From the NCBI GenBank assembly GCA_024277115.1, contig JAJRVW010000056.1, positions 1 through 33,015 of the forward strand: a stretch of DNA of 33,015 nucleotides, in the 5' to 3' direction. Below, one piece after another: positions 1-8,785 of this stretch. The number at the start of each line of letters is the position of its first letter. The first letter of the stretch is position 1. A model generated the notes under the pieces. It saw only the letters and a program-made list of their open reading frames with translations, had not been told where the DNA came from and searched no databases. This DNA comes from Calditrichota bacterium. GTDB lineage: Bacteria > Calditrichota > Calditrichia > Calditrichales > J004. The position numbers and the translations under genes are program-made.

Positions 1-402
1 CCGCCCCCGCGCCCCTGTTTTTGCTTCGCAAAACAGGGAAAACTGTTCGGTCCTTTCAGAACCAAACAGAAAGGATAATTGGAGAGAAAAAGAACAATTA
101 GTAAATAAAATACTGTAAACCTATTTCAGGACTTGACAAATTATCCCCCAGTAAGCACTAATGACTAACTATCTACTTCCTTTTTCCTTTCAAAATTATC
201 AGGGTTATAAAGTATATATAAATTTTACTTTTAGGTTATAACTGTAAGGTGATTTTTATACTTAAACATACATAAACCATTCGGTTTTTACACTATTTCA
301 AACAAATTTGAAATAGTGAGGTTGTTTTAATATATTTGCCATAACACGTGATATATCTGACCTAAGTGATTATTCTTCTGGAAAGCTCATAGCTCACTTC
401 TT

Positions 403-1032
403 ATGTATAGTTTTAAATTCATTATAAAAGTTTCTAACCATAAATCACAGGAGATGAATAATGTATATTGCTCCCCTTTAAGGTGGGACACCTTAAAGGG
501 GAGCAATATATTGTATTGGTCACCAAATTATGAAAATGATTTTATGTATTATACAGTTTTTAGAAGTAATGACGACGTTAACTTTGAAAAAATTTCAGAA
601 ACAATTGATACCGTTTTTGTAGACACAAATGTTGAAAAAGAGAAAATTTACTATTATGCCCTAGTGGCAACAGACCACTCCGGAAATGAAAGTCCATTTT
701 CCAGTAGTGTGAACATTACAGTAACAGCTTTGAATGATCAATCCTTCGTGGTAAATAAATATTTTTTAAAACCAAATTACCCCAATCCTTTTAACCCATC
801 TACAACAATAGGATACGGCTTGTTAAAACCGGGTAATGTAAAGGTTACCATCTATGACATACTGGGTGTAAAAGTTAAGGAACTCGTTAATGAAAAGCAG
901 GCTCCAGGCTATCATCAGGTTATTTGGGATGGTAAGAATTCTAATAACGAAATGGTAAGTACAGGGGTTTATTATTATCGATTGGTTGCGGGTACTTTCA
1001 CCCAACAAAAGAAAATGATACTTTTAAAATAA
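403..1032 (+). CDS. T9SS C-terminal sorting domain protein (Fn3-like module + Por secretion tail); no signal peptide, probably the 3' remnant of a longer cargo gene
   Basis: The C-terminus (PNYPNPFNPSTTIGYGL...GVYYYRLVAGTFTQQKKMILLK) matches the T9SS CTD pattern also seen at the ends of 14352..16516 and 19694..22165. The N-terminal 30 aa are not hydrophobic or signal-like. The 400 bp upstream is stop-rich in all frames. Confidence 0.55.
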   Translation: MYSFKFIIKVSNHKSQEMNNVYCSPLRWDTLKGSNILYWSPNYENDFMYYTVFRSNDDVNFEKISETIDTVFVDTNVEKEKIYYYALVATDHSGNESPFSSSVNITVTALNDQSFVVNKYFLKPNYPNPFNPSTTIGYGLLKPGNVKVTIYDILGVKVKELVNEKQAPGYHQVIWDGKNSNNEMVSTGVYYYRLVAGTFTQQKKMILLK

Positions 1033-1079
1033 AAAAAAATACAGGCCAGATCTAAATAATCTGGCCTGTATAAATTTTA
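1030..1079. terminator. Bidirectional rho-independent terminator between convergent genes
   Basis: A perfect 12-bp stem tacaggccagat (1040-1051) / atctggcctgta (1059-1070) with a 7-nt loop, flanked by an A-run upstream and a T-rich stretch downstream. Confidence 0.6.
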
Positions 1080-2288
1080 CCACGTTACTGGTCGGGCAAA
1101 ATAGTGATATGCCGGATCAATAGGTATCTTAACCTTATCAGTACCATCGGTATTCATCACATACATGCTACGGTCTTTATATTCCGGACCGTCAACTAAA
1201 ATATAAATAATATATTTTCCATCTTCAGAAAATGTCGGGTAAAGGGCTTCCCCCACTTCACTAAAATCAAACTGTTTCTTTTCCCCGGTCACAAAATCTT
1301 CCACAATTATCAAATAGCTTTCTTCTTGTTCGTTTTTATTCGAATAAATTAACTTATTGCCCTCTTTGTTAAAAGCAGGAAAACTGGACTCGCCACTTCC
1401 ATAAGTAACCTGTTCATTTTGTGTTCCATCAAATTTGACTTTATAAATTTGGAGTGTTCCTGAAAGATTACTTTGATAATAAATCCAATCTGTCCCAGGC
1501 CTTGGAAATGGCATCTTATCCCATGCCGAATCAGAAACAACCGTTGTAGACTGAGACCCATCTATATTCATATGCCCAATATTCCAATTCCAATTACTGA
1601 CTTTATAATCATAAATAATTTTATCATGGTATCTAGAATATCGATAAAAATTTGAGACGTTTGACGTATTTCCCAATATTTTAACTTCATCGGAATGCAA
1701 ATCATAAAGTGCAAAGGTAGTGGTATTTACCCTATAAATAAACTGACTTTTATCTTTATACCAAAAAGGATAAGCCCCCGAAGTGATATCGGTAAACTTA
1801 CTGCCATCAGTATTTAGACTAATAACACGCCATTCATTCTCCGAATTTTGAGCCATTAATATTATATTTTCTTTTAAACCTCGCTCCCCCCAGGTTACAA
1901 TTATTTTCAGGTTTCCGGTTGTGGGTTCAAGGTTTAAATAAACCGTTGTTGTTTCTCCTGAAACTACCGTTACATCTGTCGAGCCCGAGTAGATAATATG
2001 ACCATCTTCATCCAGGGCGTTTACCCGCAATATCCAAGTTCCGGATATTAATTCTTCCACTTCGGCAATGGCTTTATCTTCGGTCATTTCAAAATCAAAA
2101 AAGACCGTATCATGGTCTACACGGGAAAGGATCCCTTGCAGGCTTACTACATCATCCGGCGCTTGGGTCATGTCAATTGAAAAAGAGAGTTGACCTTTGG
2201 AACCATTAATATCAGGATCAACCGGGGTTTTATTATCACACGAAATAAAAAATGATGTGAGTAGGATAATCAAAGTTAGTCTATACAT
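1077..2288 (-). CDS. TolB-like / PD40 beta-propeller repeat lipoprotein
   Basis: The N-terminus MYRLTLIILLTSFFISC has a lipobox (ISC). Motifs such as YPFWYKDKSQFIY, NKEGNKLIYSN and DGKYIIYI recur and look like PD40/TolB-type propeller blades. Confidence 0.55.
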   Translation of the reverse strand: MYRLTLIILLTSFFISCDNKTPVDPDINGSKGQLSFSIDMTQAPDDVVSLQGILSRVDHDTVFFDFEMTEDKAIAEVEELISGTWILRVNALDEDGHIIYSGSTDVTVVSGETTTVYLNLEPTTGNLKIIVTWGERGLKENIILMAQNSENEWRVISLNTDGSKFTDITSGAYPFWYKDKSQFIYRVNTTTFALYDLHSDEVKILGNTSNVSNFYRYSRYHDKIIYDYKVSNWNWNIGHMNIDGSQSTTVVSDSAWDKMPFPRPGTDWIYYQSNLSGTLQIYKVKFDGTQNEQVTYGSGESSFPAFNKEGNKLIYSNKNEQEESYLIIVEDFVTGEKKQFDFSEVGEALYPTFSEDGKYIIYILVDGPEYKDRSMYVMNTDGTDKVKIPIDPAYHYFARPVTW

Positions 2289-2559
2289 TTTTTTTCTCCC
2301 GTTTAATTATTTGGGTTATCAGAATATTTCGATATAATTTCCATCGGCAACTTTGCTAAAAAACAGTAGCAAAATTAGTAGTGAGGTAAAATTTTATTCA
2401 CGGAATAGCAATAATCCCTTTTCAAACTTCCTATCCAAATATAATTAACATAAACGCAAAATCAAGGTAAATATTAAAATCTTTTATATTTGCATGGATT
2501 GTTATTATTCATCGCCTTAAATTTGCTCCTTTCAATAAATCAAACCAGAGAATACTACC

Positions 2560-3693
2560 ATGGAAAATAAAATTAAAAATGTTCCTTTACTTGATCTAAA
2601 GGCACAGTATGCTACACTCAGAAATGAAATAGAACCCGTCATTAAAGAAGTGATAGAATCTCAATATTTTATCGGTGGGCCCAAACTAAAAGAGTTCGAA
2701 GATACCATTGCAGAGTATTGCCAATCTAAATATGCCCTCGGTGTTTCTTCGGGTACAGATGCCCTATTATTAGCTTTGATGGCCTTGGATATTAAAGCGG
2801 GCGACGAAGTCATTGTACCGGTCTACTCCTTTTTTGCCACGGCAGGCTGTGTTTCCCGCCTGGATGCCAAGCCGGTTTTTGTAGACATCGATCCCCAAAC
2901 ATATAATATGGACCCAGAAGCCTTGCAAAAGGCTATCACCCCAAAAACCAAGGTTATCATCCCGGTGCACCTTTATGGGCAGCTTGCCAATATGGAAGCC
3001 ATCATGAAGATCGCTAAAGAAAATAATTTATATGTGATCGAAGATGCTGCCCAGGCCATTGGTTCGGAAAATGAAAAAAGCCAGCGTGCCGGAACCTTTG
3101 GCGATATTGGTTGCTTCTCCTTCTTCCCCAGCAAAAATCTTGGTGGATTTGGTGATGGCGGATTGGTTACCACACAAAACGAAGCGCTCTATAATAAAAT
3201 GAATTACCTCAAAAACCACGGGGCACACCCCAAATATTACCATAAACTTATCGGTGGTAATTTTAGATTGGACTCTCTCCAAGCCGTGGTATTGGATGTT
3301 AAATTAAGACATTTGGACAACTGGACTAAAGGAAGACAAGAAAATGCGGCTTATTACACCGAAGGTATCACAGAGAGAAAATTAGATGGGGATATTCAAA
3401 CGCCAGTTGCCATAGAGGGTTACAGGCATATCTACAACCAGTTTATTTTAAGGAGTGGTAAAAGGGATGAATTACTGGCACATCTCCGGTCAAAAAATAT
3501 TGGCTGTGAGGTTTATTACCCGGTTACATTCAACAATCAGGAATGCTTTGCCTACCTGGGTTACAAAGAGGGTGATTTTCCCATCGCGGAAACAGCCGCA
3601 AAAGAAACACTGGCAATCCCGATTTATCCCGAATTAACAAACGAACAAAAGAACTACATTTTGGACTCGATTGCCGAATTTTTTGATGCATAA
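2560..3693 (+). CDS. DegT/DnrJ/EryC1/StrS-family PLP-dependent sugar aminotransferase
   Basis: The N-terminus PLLDLKAQY...IESQYFIGGPKLKEFE is typical of the family. The PLP-lysine motif FSFFPSKNLGGFGDGG (SxHxxK...GEGG type) is present, and the length is 377 aa. Confidence 0.85.
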   Translation: MENKIKNVPLLDLKAQYATLRNEIEPVIKEVIESQYFIGGPKLKEFEDTIAEYCQSKYALGVSSGTDALLLALMALDIKAGDEVIVPVYSFFATAGCVSRLDAKPVFVDIDPQTYNMDPEALQKAITPKTKVIIPVHLYGQLANMEAIMKIAKENNLYVIEDAAQAIGSENEKSQRAGTFGDIGCFSFFPSKNLGGFGDGGLVTTQNEALYNKMNYLKNHGAHPKYYHKLIGGNFRLDSLQAVVLDVKLRHLDNWTKGRQENAAYYTEGITERKLDGDIQTPVAIEGYRHIYNQFILRSGKRDELLAHLRSKNIGCEVYYPVTFNNQECFAYLGYKEGDFPIAETAAKETLAIPIYPELTNEQKNYILDSIAEFFDA

Positions 3694-3703
3694 ATTTACA
3701 AAT

Positions 3704-3742
3704 AAAGGGGCGCTGATTTTAAAACCAGCGCCCCTTTATAAA
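3704..3742. terminator. Bidirectional rho-independent terminator
   Basis: Stem aggggcgctg (3706-3715) / cagcgcccct (3726-3735) is flanked by A/T runs and lies between convergent genes. Confidence 0.65.
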
Positions 3743-3753
3743 AATTAACCTTC

Positions 3754-5244
3754 TTAATCGTCCGAGAAAATCTTTTCGAAGGCCTTTGAAAAAGTTTTTA
3801 TATCATACGGTTTTTGCAGATAATCTACCGCACCCATCTTAAGCATATCTTTTCTTTTATTCGTCTCACCGACACCCGATGTAATAATTATCGGTATTTC
3901 TTTATTAATTTTCCGTATTTCGTGATAGCAATTCACCCCATTCATTTTTGGCATGATAAGATCAATAATTATAAGGTCAATCTCATTTTGATCACTTTTA
4001 AACCTGGTAATGGCATGGGCCGCACTGTCTTCACAAATTGTTTTATAGCCCAAATAGGCAAGCATATCTTTAGCCATTTCCCGGATAACTTTCTCGTCAT
4101 CTACAATTAAAACAGTTTTATTTTTTTCTTCTGTCGATGCTTCCGGCTCAATTTCCTCTACGGTTTCGTTATATTGACTTTGAGGGAAATACAAATCAAA
4201 ACGGGTATATTTATTCTCTTCAGAGAAAACTTTTATACCACCCTGTAAATTTTTAATTATTCCATAAACGGTAGAAAGGCCAAGGCCTGTTCCTTTTCCG
4301 GGCTCTTTTGTTGTAAAAAACGGATCAAATATTTTTTCGATACTTTCTTCCGGAATTCCTTTCCCATTGTCCTCAACAGAAAGAAGCACATATTTACCCT
4401 CTGCCAATCCATTTCCTTCTCGTGGTTTGATTTCCACAGGCTTGGCCGAAAAAGTGATCATCCCGGAACCATCCAACGCATCGCGTGCATTTATGGCCAG
4501 GTTCATTATAATTTGTTGAATACGGGTTGGATCAATTTTAATAAGGGGAAGGTTGATCGGCAGCTTATTGACCACATTTATTTCCCGGCCAAATAACTTG
4601 CTCATAATTTCGAGCGTTTCCGAAACAGCCCGGTTCAGGTTAAGGGAAACATCGTCGTCGATTTGGTCGTTGCGGGCAAAACTCAATAATTGTTTGACAA
4701 TATTGCCTGCCCTCTGCGCCGATTTATGAATGGCATCAGCCCGTGCAAAATTCGCCGAATCTTCTTCGATGGTCATTTTTATCAGCTCCGCATTGGGCAA
4801 TATCCCCGAAAGCAGATTATTAAACTCGTGGGCAATACCACTGGCAAGCATGCCAATACTTTCCATCTTTTGCGCTTGCAGAAGCTGGTTGTACATCTCC
4901 TTTAGTGCAGACATATCTTTAAATAAGAGGGCAAAACCGATTACTTTCTCATCCACATCCTTTATGGTGTTTACCGTAAGTATGGCCGGGAATTTATTAT
5001 CTTTATAATCGTATAAATCACATTCGATGTCATTTAAACTTGTACCGGAAAGTAACCCTTTTTTTATTGATTCCGCTAATACCTTGTTTCGAATAATCGT
5101 AGAAAAAAAATCGGTCGTTTCATTATTCTCAATCCGCAATAATTTTTTTGCACTCCTGTTGGCATAAACAAGTGCGCCGTTCATACGGACAGAACAAAAA
5201 CCATCGTGCAAATCATCAATTAATTCCGACAACCGGCTTTTCAT
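3754..5244 (-). CDS. Hybrid sensor histidine kinase / response regulator (PAS - HisKA - HATPase - REC), cytoplasmic
   Basis: The H-box [21 protein letters not shown] is present, with G-boxes in the ATPase region. The C-terminal receiver has VLIVDDE ... [12 protein letters not shown]. No TM segment is present. Confidence 0.85.
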   Translation of the reverse strand: MKSRLSELIDDLHDGFCSVRMNGALVYANRSAKKLLRIENNETTDFFSTIIRNKVLAESIKKGLLSGTSLNDIECDLYDYKDNKFPAILTVNTIKDVDEKVIGFALLFKDMSALKEMYNQLLQAQKMESIGMLASGIAHEFNNLLSGILPNAELIKMTIEEDSANFARADAIHKSAQRAGNIVKQLLSFARNDQIDDDVSLNLNRAVSETLEIMSKLFGREINVVNKLPINLPLIKIDPTRIQQIIMNLAINARDALDGSGMITFSAKPVEIKPREGNGLAEGKYVLLSVEDNGKGIPEESIEKIFDPFFTTKEPGKGTGLGLSTVYGIIKNLQGGIKVFSEENKYTRFDLYFPQSQYNETVEEIEPEASTEEKNKTVLIVDDEKVIREMAKDMLAYLGYKTICEDSAAHAITRFKSDQNEIDLIIIDLIMPKMNGVNCYHEIRKINKEIPIIITSGVGETNKRKDMLKMGAVDYLQKPYDIKTFSKAFEKIFSDD

Positions 5245-5253
5245 AACTGCTAC

Positions 5254-6390
5254 CTATTTTTTTTCTTTTCGATTAATTAAAAACCCGATGTGATGGTACC
5301 ATTTTCTCTGTGTATAGATAATAGCATAAATCATCACAATAGCGAGGAAACCCAGCATCAGGACTATATTGAAACGCATAAAAGAACTAAAATCACCAAA
5401 AAATAAAAGGGGGATACAAATAATCAAAAATAAAACAAGTGATCCAAAATAAAATTTTTGTTTACCAAGCTTAATCAATAATGAATACCAAAAACTATTT
5501 GTTGGTTTTTGGATATATCCTTTCAGCAGGTCATAGTTAAGGACATATTTTTCATTTTCTATATTTTTCGGGTCTTTTAGATAAATTAACCGGATTATTA
5601 ATATGAGGATAAAACCAACATTAATAAGCGCATTAAAATAAAGGGCCTCGATAAAGTTGGACGTAGCTTCTGCAGAATTTGTAAAATGATAAACTTCATT
5701 AATTATCATCAAAGTATGCAACGACAAGATGGACGGTAGGTACTCCGACAAAATAAATTGACGCTGATTATAAATATACCAGACAAAAAGTAAAAAGGAG
5801 AAATTTAATATATATATATAGTTATTCCTTATTCTTATAACCTCAAATGATTTATAGAATTCGGTATCAACCAATTCCTCGTAATTAATAAACAATTTCA
5901 CATCAAAATAAATTAAAACAATTATAAAAGTAGTAATAAACAGTGCTGCAAAAATATGACTTTTTGTTTTTTCAGAACTAGGTGAGATGGCATAAAAAAA
6001 CATATATGTTGTTATTAAGATCGAACCGGCACTTAGGATGATAGAATCGAGGCGGTACATCAGCATGTCAAGATTATACGAGTAAGCACGGCTGGCAATA
6101 AGTATAAGGGGCATAACCGCCAGTAAAAAGAATTGGATAAGTAATAAAATTACGAGCGGCCTGTTCGCAATGGCAAGCCTCAGCGAATACAAACTTATTA
6201 AAAACATAAAAAAGTATGCGGATACATTAAAATATTGAACGGGCGCAGCGTCTGTCCAAAAGATATATAAAAAACTGGTAAACAGAACCTGAATCAATAG
6301 AAGATAAAAGATTGTCGAACCCAAATTTTTCATAAAACTGGCTTCAGACCCTGTTGTTGTTTTTTTATTATTCATGACTGTTGATTGCAC
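5254..6390 (-). CDS. Polytopic integral membrane protein (about 10 TM) of unknown function, 9 bp upstream of the hybrid kinase; the true start may be M20 (MKNLGS...)
   Basis: The whole ORF is strongly hydrophobic and periodic, with no enzymatic motifs. It is tightly linked to the downstream kinase gene. Confidence 0.6.
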   Translation of the reverse strand: MQSTVMNNKKTTTGSEASFMKNLGSTIFYLLLIQVLFTSFLYIFWTDAAPVQYFNVSAYFFMFLISLYSLRLAIANRPLVILLLIQFFLLAVMPLILIASRAYSYNLDMLMYRLDSIILSAGSILITTYMFFYAISPSSEKTKSHIFAALFITTFIIVLIYFDVKLFINYEELVDTEFYKSFEVIRIRNNYIYILNFSFLLFVWYIYNQRQFILSEYLPSILSLHTLMIINEVYHFTNSAEATSNFIEALYFNALINVGFILILIIRLIYLKDPKNIENEKYVLNYDLLKGYIQKPTNSFWYSLLIKLGKQKFYFGSLVLFLIICIPLLFFGDFSSFMRFNIVLMLGFLAIVMIYAIIYTQRKWYHHIGFLINRKEKK

Positions 6391-6398
6391 AATATCCC

Positions 6399-7679
6399 TT
6401 AGGCTAAGCGTTCAGCTAAGTATTTTTTAACTTGTCCTGCTGCGATTGTTTCTTGCGCCATACTATCACGGTGCCTTATTGTAACGGTATTTTTCTCAAG
6501 AGTATCATTATCAATGGTAATGCAAAATGGCGTACCTGCTTCGTCTTGCCTGCGGTACCTGCGGCCTATTGCGCCACTTTCATCGTAAAACACCCGGTAA
6601 TCGCCACGCAGGTCGTCAATTATCTTCCTGGCCAACTCCGGCATTCCATCTTTTTTTACCAATGGAAAAACAGCTGCTTTAATGGGGGCAACAGCCGGGG
6701 CAAAACGTAAAACTGTCCGCTCTTCTTCTTCTTCATAAGCATCGATCAAAGTTGTCAGTACAGTCCGGTCACACCCGATGGATGTTTCGATGACATAAGG
6801 GATGTATTTTTCTTTGGCCTGCTCATCAAAATAATTCATGTTTTTGCGGGAAAACTCGGCATGCCTGCCCAAATCAAAATCGGTACGGTTGTGGATGCCT
6901 TCAATTTCCTGCCAGTCAAAGGGAAACTGATACTCTATATCGTAGGCTTTTTTTGCATAATGTGCCAGCTCGTCCGGGCCATGTTCGTGAAAACGTAATT
7001 TTTCTTTTTTAAGGCCAATTCGTTCGTACCAGGCCATCCGTTTTTCCATCCAATATTCAAACCATTTATCGTCTTCACCGGGTTTCACAAAAAACTGCAT
7101 CTCCATTTGCTCAAACTCACGGGTACGGAAAGTAAAGTTGCCGGGTGTGATTTCATTCCTAAAGGCTTTACCGATCTGGGCAATCCCAAAAGGAAGTTTT
7201 TGGCGCGAGGCCTCTCTAATATTCTGAAAATTTGTGAATATCCCCTGTGCTGTTTCGGGCCGTAAATAGACCACACTGGCCGTATCTTCCAGCGGGCCCA
7301 TAAATGTTTTAAACATCAGGTTGAACGAGCGGGATTCTGTAAAAGTATCCCTGTTGCCACATACAGGGCAGGGTTTTGAGACATCAATTTTATCTTCCCT
7401 AAAACGCGATTTACAATTTTTACAATCAACAAGCGGGTCTGTAAAACCATCTACATGGCCCGATGCTTCCCAAACACGCGGGTGCATCAAGATACTGGCA
7501 TCAACGCCTTCAATATCGTCGCGCTCGTATACCATGCTTTTCCACCACAAATCTTTTACATTTTTCTTTAGCTCTATGCCCAGCGGGCCATAATCGTAAC
7601 ACGAATTGATACCACCATATATTTCACTACTCTGAAAGATAAATCCCTTCCTCTTGGCAAGGGAGACAATTTTATCCAT
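6399..7679 (-). CDS. glyQS: Glycine--tRNA ligase, class II homodimeric form
   Basis: [34 protein letters not shown] is the canonical GlyRS N-terminus, and class II motifs run through the ORF. The ORF track starts 16 codons earlier at 7727; an internal ATG at 7679 fits the family better. Confidence 0.9.
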   Translation of the reverse strand: MDKIVSLAKRKGFIFQSSEIYGGINSCYDYGPLGIELKKNVKDLWWKSMVYERDDIEGVDASILMHPRVWEASGHVDGFTDPLVDCKNCKSRFREDKIDVSKPCPVCGNRDTFTESRSFNLMFKTFMGPLEDTASVVYLRPETAQGIFTNFQNIREASRQKLPFGIAQIGKAFRNEITPGNFTFRTREFEQMEMQFFVKPGEDDKWFEYWMEKRMAWYERIGLKKEKLRFHEHGPDELAHYAKKAYDIEYQFPFDWQEIEGIHNRTDFDLGRHAEFSRKNMNYFDEQAKEKYIPYVIETSIGCDRTVLTTLIDAYEEEEERTVLRFAPAVAPIKAAVFPLVKKDGMPELARKIIDDLRGDYRVFYDESGAIGRRYRRQDEAGTPFCITIDNDTLEKNTVTIRHRDSMAQETIAAGQVKKYLAERLA

Positions 7680-7939
7680 TACTTTATTTGAAGCTGGCTT
7701 AGCCACACTTTCCTCCTTAAAACACATTTTTTAGTTGTAGACAGATCGGCCCACCGTAGAATAACCCCTTAAGAAAACAATAGTTTTTAAAAGTATAATA
7801 CAGACTAAGGTTGCTTTATTCAAAACCCAACAATAATACAATAACCGATCTAATTATTTAGTGACCCTTTTTATCTAAAAAGACAAAGAATTTACAAAAA
7901 TTCCGATGGAGTCAAAAATAAAAATAGAGTATCTCAGCC

Positions 7940-8692
7940 TTATTGCGATAGTAACTGAAGGGACTCAAGATGGATATTCTTATCAAGATGATAATTTATA
8001 TAATTAAGTAGCTTCTGGACTAAAACAAAAGCATCAGGGCGGATGATCTCCAACTCCCTAAGTCGGCGATGATTCGACTTTTGTAAGTTTTTAAGATAAA
8101 AGAATTGCTCTTTTTGAAATGCAATGGGGTTTGGATGTGATTGAAAACAGTTAGTGCAAAAAACCTGGCCGTTTTCCATGGACAAGAACACTTTATCGGC
8201 ACATTTCAAAGTATCACCGGAAGAGCAATTTTGCAGAGAAGGTTTAAAACCCAGATAAGACATAAATTTTAATAAAAAGTAGATTAGCACATTGGCCGCC
8301 GATTTAATCTCGGACAGGGCCAAAAGAAGCTCTGTTAAAAAGTTAAAAAAGATTTCATCCGGTTCCCCGTCTTCAAAAACCTGATTGAGTATTTCAAAAA
8401 TCGCCAACCCAAATGGAAGCCGCCCTAAATCTGTGTGGATTGAAGTATAGGCATTTAGTAATTCCATCTCCTTTAAAATTTGCAACGAGCGGCTCTCTTT
8501 AACCAAAATTATTGCCTCGTTTAATTGCAACGATTGTAATTTTCCTGCAAAACCGCTATTATTTTTTAATGCCCCACGCGCAATAACTTTTATTTTGCCC
8601 AGCTTCTCAGAATAGAGCGTTACTATTTTACTGGATTCCTTCCAGCGGATAGAGCTTAAAACAAGCGCCTTCGTTTTTATGGTTTTTGTCAT
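7940..8692 (-). CDS. recO: DNA repair protein RecO
   Basis: An N-terminal OB-fold region (KALVLSSIRWKESSKIVTLYSEKLGKI..ARGA) is followed by a C-terminal CxxC...CxxC zinc motif (CSSGDTLKC...FCTNCF). The recO-glyQS neighbourhood is conserved in many bacteria. Confidence 0.8.
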   Translation of the reverse strand: MTKTIKTKALVLSSIRWKESSKIVTLYSEKLGKIKVIARGALKNNSGFAGKLQSLQLNEAIILVKESRSLQILKEMELLNAYTSIHTDLGRLPFGLAIFEILNQVFEDGEPDEIFFNFLTELLLALSEIKSAANVLIYFLLKFMSYLGFKPSLQNCSSGDTLKCADKVFLSMENGQVFCTNCFQSHPNPIAFQKEQFFYLKNLQKSNHRRLRELEIIRPDAFVLVQKLLNYINYHLDKNIHLESLQLLSQ

Positions 8693-8785
8693 AAAATTTA
8701 TTTTATCGCTAACTTTTTAAAGAAATGTACGTCTCACAAAAAACTATCCGCAAAATCCATTTATTACTATTTATAGAGGAATTTT

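Noticed and set aside
13-38. GC-rich stem-loop ccctgtttt/aaaacaggg at the very start of the window
   Set aside because: It is cut by the window edge, has no adjacent T-run, and the upstream gene is not visible. It cannot be interpreted.
2354-2373. Palindrome TTGCTA-aaaaacag-TAGCAA in the divergent intergenic region between the TolB-like lipoprotein and DegT genes
   Set aside because: It is a single short occurrence with no second copy or motif context. It could be a regulator site but the support is too weak.
7728-7939. Possible T-box or other leader upstream of glyQS
   Set aside because: No T-box consensus (AGGGTGGNACCGCG-like) and no convincing antiterminator/terminator pair. The region is AT-rich without obvious structure.
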